Shown one piece after another: positions 1 through 10,004 of a stretch of DNA of 64,000 nt (position 1 is its first letter; every line of letters starts with the position of its first letter). A program made the translations under genes and the position numbers. The stretch is from an uncultured Planctomycetota bacterium (GTDB lineage Bacteria; Planctomycetota; PLA2; JAEUHO01): contig CAVVXN010000005.1 of NCBI GenBank assembly GCA_963752285.1, positions 1,344,001-1,408,000 of the forward strand, in the 5' to 3' direction. Under the pieces are notes generated by a model. That model worked only from the letters and a program-made list of their open reading frames with translations, searched no databases and was not told where the DNA came from.

Positions 1-310
1 TCGCTCCGAGGTTCGCGCGGCCCACGTCCGACCGGGGGTCGAACCTCGACATCGTGCTCTCGACGCGGCGAAGCGCCGCGATCGCGTCCTCGAGGGCGGC
101 CTCGGCGACGTGCGGGTCGTCGTGCACGACGGCGAGGTCCGCGAGCGTGCCCATGATCGGGATCGTCCGACGCGCGAGCGGCCGGCCACGACGACGCAGG
201 GCCACGGGAACCGAGAGCGCGACGAACGCGCCGACGCCGAGCGCCAGCACGTCGCGGCGACTCGGACCGCGCGCGGCGCACCCGGGGCGGGGGTCAGGAC
301 TGGAGGTCAT
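1..310 (-). CDS. apbE: FAD:protein FMN transferase ApbE (N-terminal part, runs off window)
   Basis: Manual translation from ATG 310 (GAGGAG RBS): MTSSPDPRPGCAARGPSRRDVLALGVGAF...IMGTLADLAV...STMSRFDPRSDVGRAN. Tat-like SRRDVL signal, MGT and MSRF.P.SDV motifs of ApbE; last visible gene of the rnf operon. Confidence 0.85.
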   Translation of the reverse strand, partial: MTSSPDPRPGCAARGPSRRDVLALGVGAFVALSVPVALRRRGRPLARRTIPIMGTLADLAVVHDDPHVAEAALEDAIAALRRVESTMSRFDPRSDVGRANLGA

Positions 311-494
311 CGGTGGACTCCTCGGACGGGGCGGACGCGCGCGCGCAGCCGGCGCAGCCGCCGGAGCGGGCCTCCTCGCAGTCCCGGCGCGCGTCGCAGC
401 CCGGCCCGTCGTCCGGCGACCCGAAGCGGTGCTGGATCCAGACGAAGCCTCCGAAGAGGGCGCCGGTCACGACGATGGCGACGAGCGGGCTCAC
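294..494 (-). CDS. Small single-TM Cys-rich protein (66 aa)
   Basis: GTG overlaps the rnfA stop (GTGA). Hydrophobic N-terminus SPLVAIVVTGALFGGFVWI, then C-x5-C-x7-CxxC. Confidence 0.6.
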   Translation of the reverse strand: MSPLVAIVVTGALFGGFVWIQHRFGSPDDGPGCDARRDCEEARSGGCAGCARASAPSEESTDDLQS

Positions 495-1072
495 GACGCC
501 GTCCCCAGGCCCGCGAAGCCCATGAACGCGAGGGAGAGCGTGCCCGCGATGATCAGCGTGAGGGCCGTCCCCCGCGCGATCGAGGGGACGTCCGCGAGCT
601 CGGTGGTCTCTCGGATCGACGCCATCAGGACGAGCGCGAGCGTCAGCCCGAGGCCGGCGCCGAGCGCGTAGAAGAGGCCCTGGACCAGGGTGTAGTCGTA
701 CTTCGTCGTCTGCCAGAGCGCGAGGCCCAGGATCGCGCAGTTGGTCGTGATGAGGGGGAGGTAGATTCCGAGCTGGCGGAACAGGGTGGGGCTCAGCTTC
801 TTGATCGCCATCTCGGTGATCTGTACGAGCGAGGCGATCACCACGATGAACGAGATGAGCCGGAGGTAGGGCGCGGCGCGGAGCACGGTGTTGTGCAGCG
901 CCCAGGCGCACACCGAGGTCATCGTGAGCACGAAGATGTTCGCGAGCCCCATGCGCAGCGCCGTCGCGATGCGCGACGAGACGCCCATGAAGGGGCAGAG
1001 CCCCAGGAAGAGCATGAGGGTGAAGTTGTTCACCACCATGGCGGAGAGGAGGATCCAGAGGAGACCGCCCAT
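491..1072 (-). CDS. rnfA: Rnf electron transport complex subunit A
   Basis: NNFTLMLFLGLCPFMGVS and LGIYLPLITTNCAILG motifs; multi-TM; ATG overlaps the rnfE stop. Confidence 0.95.
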   Translation of the reverse strand: MGGLLWILLSAMVVNNFTLMLFLGLCPFMGVSSRIATALRMGLANIFVLTMTSVCAWALHNTVLRAAPYLRLISFIVVIASLVQITEMAIKKLSPTLFRQLGIYLPLITTNCAILGLALWQTTKYDYTLVQGLFYALGAGLGLTLALVLMASIRETTELADVPSIARGTALTLIIAGTLSLAFMGFAGLGTAS

Positions 1073-1770
1073 CACGGAGCCCTCCCGTCGAGCGAGCCCG
1101 CGCCGAGCGCGGCCCGCACCGCCTGGGGCGCGTCGGCGTCCGCCGCGTCCGGCCCCTCCGCGGGTCCGCGGGCGCGCGCCCGCCGCCACGCCGCGAGACC
1201 GAGGAGGAGGAAGCCGAGCGTCAGGAAGCCGCCGGGCGGCAGCTTCATGATGACCCAGGGCTGGTAGCTCGCGCCGAAGAGCGAGACGCCGAGGAACGTG
1301 CCGTTCCCGAGGACCTCGCGGAACGTGCCCATCAGGAGGAGCGCGATCGTGAAGCCGAGGCCCGAGCCGATCGCGTCGAGCGCCGCGCGGCCGACCGGGT
1401 TCCGGGCCGCGAACGCCTCCTGTCGGCCGAGGATGATGCAGTTCACGACGATCAGCGAGATGAACGCGCCGAGCGCCTTGTGGATGTCGGGCACCGTGGC
1501 CTCGAGCCCCATGTCGGCCACCGTCACGAAGGTGGCGATGATCAGCACGTACGTCGAGATGCGGACCTCGTGGGGGATCCACCGCTTCAGGGACGACACG
1601 AGGACGCTCGACCCGAGCAGTACGAAGAAGGTCGCGATGGCCATGGCGAGGCTGTTCGCGACCGTGTTCGTCACGGCCAGCGTCGGGCACAGGCCGAGGA
1701 GCTGGACGAGAACCGGGTTCTCGCGCCAGATGCCCCTCACGAGGTCGGCGGAGGCCGGGCGGGCGGTCAT
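1072..1770 (-). CDS. rnfE: Rnf electron transport complex subunit E
   Basis: ENPVLVQLLGLCPTLAVT, LIVVNCIILGR and LPPGGF motifs. Confidence 0.95.
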   Translation of the reverse strand: MTARPASADLVRGIWRENPVLVQLLGLCPTLAVTNTVANSLAMAIATFFVLLGSSVLVSSLKRWIPHEVRISTYVLIIATFVTVADMGLEATVPDIHKALGAFISLIVVNCIILGRQEAFAARNPVGRAALDAIGSGLGFTIALLLMGTFREVLGNGTFLGVSLFGASYQPWVIMKLPPGGFLTLGFLLLGLAAWRRARARGPAEGPDAADADAPQAVRAALGAGSLDGRAP

Positions 1771-2492
1771 CGCGGAACCTCCTTCCCGGGGCCCGGGGCG
1801 GTCGGCCCGGACGGCGACGCCGGGTCCGGCCCGCCGCCCGGGTGCGCCGCGAGCCACGACGAGAGCACGGGGTCGAGGCGCTCGAGCGCGCCCCGGACGA
1901 TCCCGACGACGGCCCGGGACGAGATCGTCGCGCCCGTGATCATGTCCACCGCGTGCGTGTCGCCGTTCGACTCGCCCTGCTTGACGCCGTGGATCGGGAA
2001 CTCCTTGCCCTCGAACTGCGCGGCGAAGTGCGGGTCCTTCTCGATCGAGTCGCCGAGGCCGGGCGTCTCCTTGCTCTCGAGCACCTTGAGCCCCCGGATC
2101 TTCTTCGTCGTCGGGTCGTACCCGACGATCAGCCGGATCTCGTCCGCGTACCCGTTGGCGCCGGCGACGATCGCGAACCCGACGGGCTTCCCGGCCGCGT
2201 CGAACCCGAGGTAGACGGGCTCGAGCGTCTTGGGGTCGGCGCCGGGCGGCGGCTCGGCCGAGAGGTCGGCCCCGCGCACGTAGAGCGTCGTGGAGCGCGC
2301 GGGCGCGCCGAGGACCTCGCCGATCGCGGCCTTCAGCATCTCGGCCTTGTGGGCCAGGATCGCGGGCTGCGTCGCCTGGTACACGAACACGAGGAGGCCG
2401 CCCGCGACCGCCCCCGCCAGCGCGAGCGTCGCGACGAAGCGCCAGCTCGGCGTCTCCGGGCGCACGGACGGGGCGGCGTCGCCGGGACTCAC
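1767..2492 (-). CDS. rnfG: Rnf complex subunit G (FMN-binding)
   Basis: N-terminal TM, ETPGLG motif and covalent FMN site ITGATISS; GTG overlaps the rnfD stop. Confidence 0.92.
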   Translation of the reverse strand: MSPGDAAPSVRPETPSWRFVATLALAGAVAGGLLVFVYQATQPAILAHKAEMLKAAIGEVLGAPARSTTLYVRGADLSAEPPPGADPKTLEPVYLGFDAAGKPVGFAIVAGANGYADEIRLIVGYDPTTKKIRGLKVLESKETPGLGDSIEKDPHFAAQFEGKEFPIHGVKQGESNGDTHAVDMITGATISSRAVVGIVRGALERLDPVLSSWLAAHPGGGPDPASPSGPTAPGPGKEVPR

Positions 2493-3535
2493 GACAGGAT
2501 CCTCGCGGCGCGCGTCCCGAAGACGCGCGGCTGCGTGGCGCGGTTGATGAAGGGCACGAGCGCGTTCATGAGGAGGATCGAGTACTGCACCCCCTCCGGA
2601 AGCCCGCCCCACAGGCGGATCGTGACGACGAGGAACCCGATCCCCACCCCGAAGACGACGCAGCCGCGGTGCGTGACGGGCGACGTGACCATGTCGGTCG
2701 CCATGTAGACGGCGCCGAGCGCGAGCCCGCCGGAGAGGAGCATGAAGCCCGGGCCGGGGAAGCGGTCCGGACCGAGAAGGTGGAGGACCCCCGAGAAGAG
2801 GCCGACGGTGGCGAAGATCGCCACGGGGATGCGCCAGTTGAGCCGGTTTCGGAGCGCCAGGTAGAGGCCGCCGAGGAGGATGAGGATCGCCGAGGTCTCG
2901 CCGAGCGAACCGCCGGTCGTGCCGAGGAGGAGGTGCGCGAGGTCCGTCCCCTGGTGCTGGAACTTCATGAGGCCGAGGGGCGTCGCCGCCGTGGTGCCGT
3001 CCACGACGTGCGGCGCCATCAACGGCAGCGCGAGGTTGTCGCCGCGCAGCCGGAGCCAGTCGGAGATGCGCTCGAAGGAGAAGGCGGAGAACCGGCCCCC
3101 CGAGACGAGGTTCGCAGGCCACGTCGTCAGCGCGACGGGGAACGCGGCCTGGAGGAACGCGCGCCCGACCAGCGCGGGATTGAAGGGGTTCTGGCCGAGG
3201 CCCCCGAAGATCAGCTTGCCGAAGCCGATGCCGAACACGCCGCCCACGAACGCCATCCAGAGGGGGACCCCGGCGGGGAGCGTCAATCCGAGGAGCAGGC
3301 CCGTGATCACGGCGGAGCCGTCGCCGAGCGTGCCGCGCCGCCCGAACGCGCGCTCGGTCAGGAGCGCGCCGAGGGTGGCCGCGGCCAGGACGAGCACCGC
3401 GCTCGGCCCGAAGAACCAGATCGAGGCGAGGATCACCGGCACGAGGCTCAGGACCACGGACCACATGATCCGCGGCGTGCTCTCCGGCGAGCCGAGGTGG
3501 GGCGAGGCGGTGACGAGCCAGCGGGGCGATCTCAC
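2489..3535 (-). CDS. rnfD: Rnf complex subunit D
   Basis: SPH, FGGLGQNPFNPALVGR, FMN site DGTTAATPL, GSLGETS and MATDMVTSP motifs. Confidence 0.95.
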   Translation of the reverse strand: MRSPRWLVTASPHLGSPESTPRIMWSVVLSLVPVILASIWFFGPSAVLVLAAATLGALLTERAFGRRGTLGDGSAVITGLLLGLTLPAGVPLWMAFVGGVFGIGFGKLIFGGLGQNPFNPALVGRAFLQAAFPVALTTWPANLVSGGRFSAFSFERISDWLRLRGDNLALPLMAPHVVDGTTAATPLGLMKFQHQGTDLAHLLLGTTGGSLGETSAILILLGGLYLALRNRLNWRIPVAIFATVGLFSGVLHLLGPDRFPGPGFMLLSGGLALGAVYMATDMVTSPVTHRGCVVFGVGIGFLVVTIRLWGGLPEGVQYSILLMNALVPFINRATQPRVFGTRAARILS

Positions 3536-4941
3536 GACGGCGCTCCCGGGGCGACCGGCGCGGACGCCGGGGCCGGCGCGGCGCCGCCCGACGCCGCGGG
3601 CGCCGGGGCCTTCGCCTGTCGCACGCGCAGCGCCGTGCGCGAGGCCTGGAAGAGCTGGCTCAGCGGGATGTGGGAGGGGCACACGTACGAGCAGCAGCCG
3701 CAGAGCATGCAGTCGGACAGGTGGTGGCCCGCCATCTCGTCCTCGCGGCCCGCGAGGGCGAGCTGGCCGAGGATCTGCGGGTTCAGGAACACGGGGCACG
3801 CGTCGAGGCAGTGTCCGCACCGGATGCACGGGTACGTCTCGGGGCGGCGGACCTCGCCCTCCACGAGGACGACGATGCCCGTGGTGCCCTTCGTCACGGG
3901 CGCGTCGAGGTTCGCGATCGAGGCGCCCATCATGGGCCCGCCGTTCACGACCTCGCGCGCGTCCTCGGTGAGCCCGCCGCTCGCGTCGAGGAGGTCGCGG
4001 ATCTTCGTACCGACCGGCACGATCCAGTTCCCGGGCCGACGGACGCCGTGGCCCGTGACCGTCACGATGCGCTCGATCAGGGGCAGCCCCGTCTCGAAGA
4101 CCTCCGCGATCGTGGCCACCGACGCGACGTTCTGGACGATCACGCCCACGTCCATGGGAAGGCGGCCCGTCGGCACGCGGCGCCGGAGGAGGGCGTCGAT
4201 GAGCATCTTCTCGGCGCCCTGCGGGTATTTCACGGTGAGGCCCACGATCTCGACGTCGAGGTCGGTCGGCCGCGTGGCCTTCATGCGTTCGAGCGCGTCG
4301 GGCTTGTTCTTCTCGATCCCCACGATCGCGCGCGGCACGCCGAGACAGCGCATCATCAGGCGGATGCCGAGGTGCACCCGCTCGGGAAAGTCCACCATCG
4401 TCCGGTGGTCGGTCGTGAGGTACGGCTCGCACTCGCAGCCGTTGATCACCAGCGTGTCGATCGACTTCCCGTCCGGGGGCGACAGCTTCACGTGGGTCGG
4501 GAACGCGGCGCCGCCGAGGCCCACCACCCCCGCGTGGCGGACCGCTTCGACGGTCTCCTCGCGCGTCAGGCGCTCCCAGGCCGGGACCAGGCGCGGCCTC
4601 GGCGCCTGCGCGGACCAGGGCTCGACCTCGATCCGGACCGAAGTCTCCATGGAGCCGTCCGGGTGCGGCCAGAGTCCGACCGACACGACGCGCCCGGACG
4701 CCGACGCGTGGATCGGCACGGAGACCCAGCCGTCGGCCTCGGCCACGACGTCGCCGCGCTCCACGCGGTCGCCCTCCCGGACGATCGGCCGCGCGGGCCG
4801 GCCCGCGTGCTGTCGCACGGGGAGGACGACCTCCGCCGGGAAGGGCATGCGACGCACAGGCAGGTGCGCCGTCAGCTCCTTCGCCTCGGGCGGGTGGACG
4901 CCGTGCCGGAAGCGGGGCTTCGTGTGGTTCGGCTTCGCCAT
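3532..4941 (-). CDS. rnfC: Rnf complex subunit C
   Basis: GVHPP, AGVVGLGGAAFPTHVKL, NGCECEPYLTTD, KYPQGAEK, GGPMMG, CIRCGHCLDACP and CMLCGCCSYVCP. Confidence 0.96.
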   Translation of the reverse strand: MAKPNHTKPRFRHGVHPPEAKELTAHLPVRRMPFPAEVVLPVRQHAGRPARPIVREGDRVERGDVVAEADGWVSVPIHASASGRVVSVGLWPHPDGSMETSVRIEVEPWSAQAPRPRLVPAWERLTREETVEAVRHAGVVGLGGAAFPTHVKLSPPDGKSIDTLVINGCECEPYLTTDHRTMVDFPERVHLGIRLMMRCLGVPRAIVGIEKNKPDALERMKATRPTDLDVEIVGLTVKYPQGAEKMLIDALLRRRVPTGRLPMDVGVIVQNVASVATIAEVFETGLPLIERIVTVTGHGVRRPGNWIVPVGTKIRDLLDASGGLTEDAREVVNGGPMMGASIANLDAPVTKGTTGIVVLVEGEVRRPETYPCIRCGHCLDACPVFLNPQILGQLALAGREDEMAGHHLSDCMLCGCCSYVCPSHIPLSQLFQASRTALRVRQAKAPAPAASGGAAPAPASAPVAPGAPS

Positions 4942-4946
4942 GGTGC

Positions 4947-7900
4947 TCAGCGGAAGCGCTCCGCGCGCTTCACCCACTTGTCCAGGTCCCTCTCCTTCGG
5001 GTCGAGCGGGGTCCCCGGGTGGATGATCTTGACGGGGCACTTCTCCGCAGCGACCACGAGGTCGCGATAGGGCCCGCCGCGCGGGTCCTTCACGACGGCC
5101 TGCTTCTTGTCGTTGTAGGCGAAGAGGCGCCGGTTCAAGTTGACGCACTCGTGGCAGGTCGTGCAGCGCGCGGACTCGATCCACGGCTCCACGTCGAGCG
5201 TCTCGTCGGCGGGCGCCTCCGCGGTGGACGTGGCCGTCGCCGCGGGCGCCGACGGCGAGACGGCCGTCCCGCTGGCCGCCGCCACGCCGCCCGGTGCCGC
5301 GCCGGCCGGAGCCGCAGCGGCGCCGGGGGCCGCGAACAGGCCGTCGGTACCCGCCGCCACGGGCTCGAGCCCGGCCGCCTCGACGCGCGCCAGGATGTCG
5401 GCCAGCGTCGCGCCGGCGTCGCCCTGACGCAGGAGCCCCTCGGCCATGCGCCGTGCGACCGCGAGCGGGATCCGCGCCCTCAGGTCGGCGATCTTCGCCT
5501 CGTACTCCGCCTTGAGCGCCTGGAGCTTCTCCTCGTACGCCGCGGCGACCTCCCGCTCTACGAGGTCGTGGACGGGCGGCGACGCCTCGGTGCCGGCGAG
5601 CTGACGCAGGTGCCGCCACGCGTCGATCCGGTCGTCGGCCAGGTGCACGATGGACGACGAGACGAGGAGGCGCGCGAGGTGGTTCTCGGCGTCCAGCGTG
5701 TAGATGAACGGGATGGCGTCCCCACGCTCGGCGGCCGGCATCGCCACGTAGTCCGCGAACGGGACCACGTCGTCGTCGGGCCTCGCCGGCTTGAACTGCT
5801 TCTGGAAGCGGCCCTCGGTCGCGGCCCAGTCGGCGATCGTGAGCGGCAGCGTCAGGGTCTTCGCCTGGCCCTGCTCGTCCTCGTACGAGAGCTCGTACGT
5901 CGGCCAGAGGTCTTCGATCGCGGGGTTGCCGTCGAGGCTCATGCGCTCCGCGATCGAGGTCCCGGCGTCGGGGTCGTACACGAGGAGCGGGAACGCGCGG
6001 CTCTCGAGCGCGAGCTTCGCGGCGCGCATCGACGAGTAGTCGGCGAGACCGTGCTCGGGCGGGCACGGGGCGTGGAGGACGAAGAGCGCCGGGCGTCGCG
6101 CCTTCAGCCCCCTGATCACGCCGCCGAGCAGATGGCTCGGCAGCGCCTGCGAGGACTGCAGCACGTAGGCCTGGCGGTGGGCGATGCCGACGAGCGAGAG
6201 CTCCTTCCGCATCTCCTCCTTGCCCTGGTGCGCCTTCCCGAACGCCGCCATGTCGGAGACCTGGCCCGTGAACGAGCCCGTGGACGCCTGGCCGCCGGTG
6301 TTGGAGTACACCTGCGTGTCGAGCACGACGACGCGGACGGGCTTGTCGGACGCGAGCAGGCGCGACAGGTTCTGGAAGCCGATGTCGAGCATCGCGCCGT
6401 CGCCCCCCACCGCGATGATGGGCGGGCAGAGGAGGAACTCCTCCTCGGAAAAGTCGTGCCAGTCGAGGCGCGCGAAGACGGCTTCGTCGCGCTGGGCGTC
6501 GTACTCGTCCTTCGCGAGGAGATCCGCGCGGCGGACCGCGACGAAGTTGTCGGTCATCTTCCGCATGTGCCCTTCGAAGATGCCGATGGCGATCGAGGGG
6601 GCGTCCTGGAAGAGGTGGTTCACCCAGGGGAAGGGATACGGGTTGTACGGGTACGTGCTGCCCCACACGGACGAGCAACCGGTCGAGTTCGTGAACCCGA
6701 GCGACGCCCGACCCTTGCCGCTCGGCCCCTCGACGTAGCGCCACCGGAGGTCCTTCACCTCGCGGATCGACCGCACGATCCGCTCGATCTCGCGCCGGCG
6801 CTCCGGGTCGAGCGCGACCTCGGCTCCGACGCCGCCCTCGACCATCCGGTCGAGGTCGGCGTCCGAGGAGAGGAGCATCCGTGCCTTCTGGTCGAGCGTC
6901 TCCACGATCTCGTCGAGGCGCTTCACGAACGCGTGCACCCGAGGCCGCATCACCGCGTTCACGGCGGCGACCACGAGGTGGATCCCCGTCTTCTCGCCGC
7001 AGCCCATGCAGGCGCCGTCGCCGCCCACCATGGACATGTAGTTGTCCTTCTTGAGCAGGAGCGACGAGAGGATCCCGATACCCTCGTCCAGGCTCGCGAC
7101 GTCCACGAACCGGTCGTCGGTGTCCGGCAGGTGCCGCCAGAGCGACCACCGCCGGCGCAGGTCCTCGACGACCTGGTCCGTCTGCTTGATCGTGACGAGC
7201 GCGCCCGTGGGGCACACGTTCACGCAGATGTTGCAGCCCTTGCAGGTCTCGGGGTTCACGGTGACCGAGAGGAGGCCGCCCGACCCCGGCTCCGCCGACT
7301 CCGGCACGTCGAAGAACGGGGCCGTCTTCGCCAGCGGGAAGTCCTGCAGCTCGGCCGCCACCGCCTGGAACTCCTGGTCCAGGGCGTGGCGCCGCTCGGG
7401 GTCGAGGTCGAGCTTCGCCGCGACGGTCTCGTAGCTCTGCGTCAGCACCTCGGAGAAGGAGGCAAACGGCCCGCTCTTCATCACGCGGCGCGCCTCGCGG
7501 CCCAGGTGCTTCACGATGGGCTTCAGGCGGTCGTACGTGCGGCCGTTCGAGATCGTGCGGATCGCGGCGTCGAGGACGTCCTCGATGCCGCTCACGACGC
7601 CGGGAATGGCCGAGTCGGGGCACTGCGTCCAGCAGGCCGCGCAGCCCGTGCACTTCGACGCGACGAACTCCGGCACCTCGAAGCGCATGTCGGTCATGTC
7701 GCGGATCGACGACGTCGCGGCGGGGATCGCGGAGATCGCGGCGAACGGGTCGGCGATCCCGTCGGCGCCCGACTTGTACAGGTGGCAGACCTGCTCCCAG
7801 AAGCGGCCGGGGTGCGCGATGCCGTCCTGGGCCGCCGCGTCGCCGAGGATCTCGGGCATGACGGGAACGTGCCCGCTCTCCGGCCCGTCGTCGGAGAGGG

Positions 7901-10004
7901 TCGAGAGGTCGAGCGTCTTCGCCTCCGAGAAGCCGCGCCGGACGACCTCGAGGTTCTCCTCCACCACGCGCCCGCCGAGGTGACCGAACTTCTTCTTCGT
8001 CTGCGCGAGGATGCCCGCGAAGAGACGTTCCTCGTCGAGGTCGTGCTCCTTGACGAGCGAGGAGGCGCGGAAGAAGGCGCCCATGAAGGCCGCGCCCTGC
8101 ATGCGGTAACGCAGGTCCGGGTTCGTCGCGACCTCGGACGCGATCTGGAACGCGTCGAGCGACCAGACGCGGATCTCCCGCTCGCGGATCTGGCGCTGCG
8201 CGGTCCGCGGGAGCGTGTTCCAGAGCTCCTGCGGCGCGAGACTGCTCTGGATCACGAACACGCCGCCCTTCGCGAGGCCGGCGAGCGGGTCGGAGTGCCG
8301 GAACACGTTCGGGTCCGGCGAGAGGACCACGTCCACGTGCTTGAGCTCGCAGTTCGTCCGCACCGGCTCGCTCGCGAGCGTGGCGTAGAACGTGGTCGGC
8401 TGGCCCTTCTTCTCGGAGCCGTACTTCGGGTTCGCCTGGATCTGGAGGCCCAGCAGGTCCGCCGCGGTCACGGCGAGGTTCTTGCCCATCGTGATCGCGC
8501 CCCACCCGCCGACCGAGTGGATGCGGATCGAAGTGGACCCCTTCGGCAGGAGGTTCACGTCCGCACCCGGGTCGAGCGCGAGCCCCTCGAGGAGGGGATA
8601 GCTCTCGAGCAGGCGCTCCTGCCAGATCTGGAGCTTGGGGAGCCGCGTACCCTTCCGGACGAAGTCGATCCCGAGGTAGAAGAGCCGGCGGTTCGCGCCG
8701 CCCTCGAGCATGTTCTCCACGGCCGCGACCAGGTGGTTCGGCTGCAGGTCCCGGCTCCCGAGCCCGTACACGCCCGCGTAGAACTCGGGGACCTCCTCGG
8801 GCCGGCACGCCGTGACGCCCAGGTGCGGGGTCTTTGCGCGCGCGCGCCCGTTCTCGACCGCCTTGCCCATCGCCGCGCGGATCTCGCGAAGCAGCGGCTG
8901 GTCCGCGGCGAGCGGCTGGTCGGTGCGCTCGAGCACCACCACCCCCTTCTTGCCGCGGAGCAGCCGGGTCACCTGGTCCGAGGGGAAGGGACGGAACATC
9001 GCCATCTGCACCACGCCGACCTTCAGCTTCTTCGCGGCGCGCAGATGGTCGGCCACCGCCTCGGCGTTCTTCACGACGGAGCCCTGTCCGACGATGAGCC
9101 AGTCGGCGTCCTCCGCGCGATACCCCATCACGCGGGCGTAGGCGCGGCCCGTGAGCGCGGCGTACTCCTCGAACGCGCGGTCGGCGAGCTCGGCGAGGTG
9201 GTCGAAGTAGAACGGCCGCTGCGCGGCGACGCCCTGGGCGTACGCGTCCTGGTTCTGGACCACGCCGAGCATCGCGGGGTAGTCCACGTCGTACAGCTCC
9301 GGCACACGACGGCGGCGTTCGCCGAACACGAGCCGCTGGGCGGGCGTGGGCGACGGGATCTGGTCCGCCGGGTCGCCGAGGTACTCGTCCACCAGCGCGC
9401 GCTCGGGCAGGAGGACCGACTCGATCACGTGGCTCGTGAGGAACCCGTCCTGGGCGCAGATCCCCGGGTTCAGCGAGAGCTCCGCGATGCGGTGTGCGAT
9501 CAGGTCGAAGTCGGCGGCCTGCTGCACGTCCTTCGCGAAGATCTGGAAGAACCCCGTGTCGTCCACCGCGTGGTAGTCGTCGTGACCCGCGTGCACGTTG
9601 AGCGCGTGCTTGGTCATCGCGCGGCACGCGACGTTGAGCACGTACGTGAGCCGCTTGCCGACCGCCGCGTACAGCGACTCGTGCATGTACGCGATGCCCT
9701 GCCCGCTCGAGAAGTTCGTCGCGCGGAGCCCCGTCAGGCTCATGCCGGCGGTCACGGCGGCCGCGGCGTGCTCGCCCTCGGGCTCGAAGAAGATGAGCTG
9801 ACGACCGCGCACGTTGGGCGTGCCCGCCGCCATCGCCGCCGCGAAGCCCTCGCCCATCTGCGTGGAGGGTGTGATGGGATACGCGCCGGCGGCGTCCGAC
9901 GCGGCCGTCTCCATCGCGACGACGGCGCCGCTCCCGTCCGTGGCGGTCGGGACCCCCGGGTACTTCGGGGCGGCCGCGTTCGCGTCCTTCGGGCTGGTCT
10001 TCAT
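4947..10004 (-). CDS. Giant single-chain 2-oxoacid:ferredoxin oxidoreductase (PFOR/NifJ-like, 1685 aa) with extra C-terminal ferredoxin
   Basis: YPITPS; gamma-like domain SVGGWGAITMGK...KYGSEKKG; two CxxCxxCxxxCP motifs; ACMGCGE, NSTGCSSVWG, TPP motif GGDG...YSNTGGQ; C-terminal CTTCHEC...EKCP. Confidence 0.92.
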   Translation of the reverse strand: MKTSPKDANAAAPKYPGVPTATDGSGAVVAMETAASDAAGAYPITPSTQMGEGFAAAMAAGTPNVRGRQLIFFEPEGEHAAAAVTAGMSLTGLRATNFSSGQGIAYMHESLYAAVGKRLTYVLNVACRAMTKHALNVHAGHDDYHAVDDTGFFQIFAKDVQQAADFDLIAHRIAELSLNPGICAQDGFLTSHVIESVLLPERALVDEYLGDPADQIPSPTPAQRLVFGERRRRVPELYDVDYPAMLGVVQNQDAYAQGVAAQRPFYFDHLAELADRAFEEYAALTGRAYARVMGYRAEDADWLIVGQGSVVKNAEAVADHLRAAKKLKVGVVQMAMFRPFPSDQVTRLLRGKKGVVVLERTDQPLAADQPLLREIRAAMGKAVENGRARAKTPHLGVTACRPEEVPEFYAGVYGLGSRDLQPNHLVAAVENMLEGGANRRLFYLGIDFVRKGTRLPKLQIWQERLLESYPLLEGLALDPGADVNLLPKGSTSIRIHSVGGWGAITMGKNLAVTAADLLGLQIQANPKYGSEKKGQPTTFYATLASEPVRTNCELKHVDVVLSPDPNVFRHSDPLAGLAKGGVFVIQSSLAPQELWNTLPRTAQRQIREREIRVWSLDAFQIASEVATNPDLRYRMQGAAFMGAFFRASSLVKEHDLDEERLFAGILAQTKKKFGHLGGRVVEENLEVVRRGFSEAKTLDLSTLSDDGPESGHVPVMPEILGDAAAQDGIAHPGRFWEQVCHLYKSGADGIADPFAAISAIPAATSSIRDMTDMRFEVPEFVASKCTGCAACWTQCPDSAIPGVVSGIEDVLDAAIRTISNGRTYDRLKPIVKHLGREARRVMKSGPFASFSEVLTQSYETVAAKLDLDPERRHALDQEFQAVAAELQDFPLAKTAPFFDVPESAEPGSGGLLSVTVNPETCKGCNICVNVCPTGALVTIKQTDQVVEDLRRRWSLWRHLPDTDDRFVDVASLDEGIGILSSLLLKKDNYMSMVGGDGACMGCGEKTGIHLVVAAVNAVMRPRVHAFVKRLDEIVETLDQKARMLLSSDADLDRMVEGGVGAEVALDPERRREIERIVRSIREVKDLRWRYVEGPSGKGRASLGFTNSTGCSSVWGSTYPYNPYPFPWVNHLFQDAPSIAIGIFEGHMRKMTDNFVAVRRADLLAKDEYDAQRDEAVFARLDWHDFSEEEFLLCPPIIAVGGDGAMLDIGFQNLSRLLASDKPVRVVVLDTQVYSNTGGQASTGSFTGQVSDMAAFGKAHQGKEEMRKELSLVGIAHRQAYVLQSSQALPSHLLGGVIRGLKARRPALFVLHAPCPPEHGLADYSSMRAAKLALESRAFPLLVYDPDAGTSIAERMSLDGNPAIEDLWPTYELSYEDEQGQAKTLTLPLTIADWAATEGRFQKQFKPARPDDDVVPFADYVAMPAAERGDAIPFIYTLDAENHLARLLVSSSIVHLADDRIDAWRHLRQLAGTEASPPVHDLVEREVAAAYEEKLQALKAEYEAKIADLRARIPLAVARRMAEGLLRQGDAGATLADILARVEAAGLEPVAAGTDGLFAAPGAAAAPAGAAPGGVAAASGTAVSPSAPAATATSTAEAPADETLDVEPWIESARCTTCHECVNLNRRLFAYNDKKQAVVKDPRGGPYRDLVVAAEKCPVKIIHPGTPLDPKERDLDKWVKRAERFR

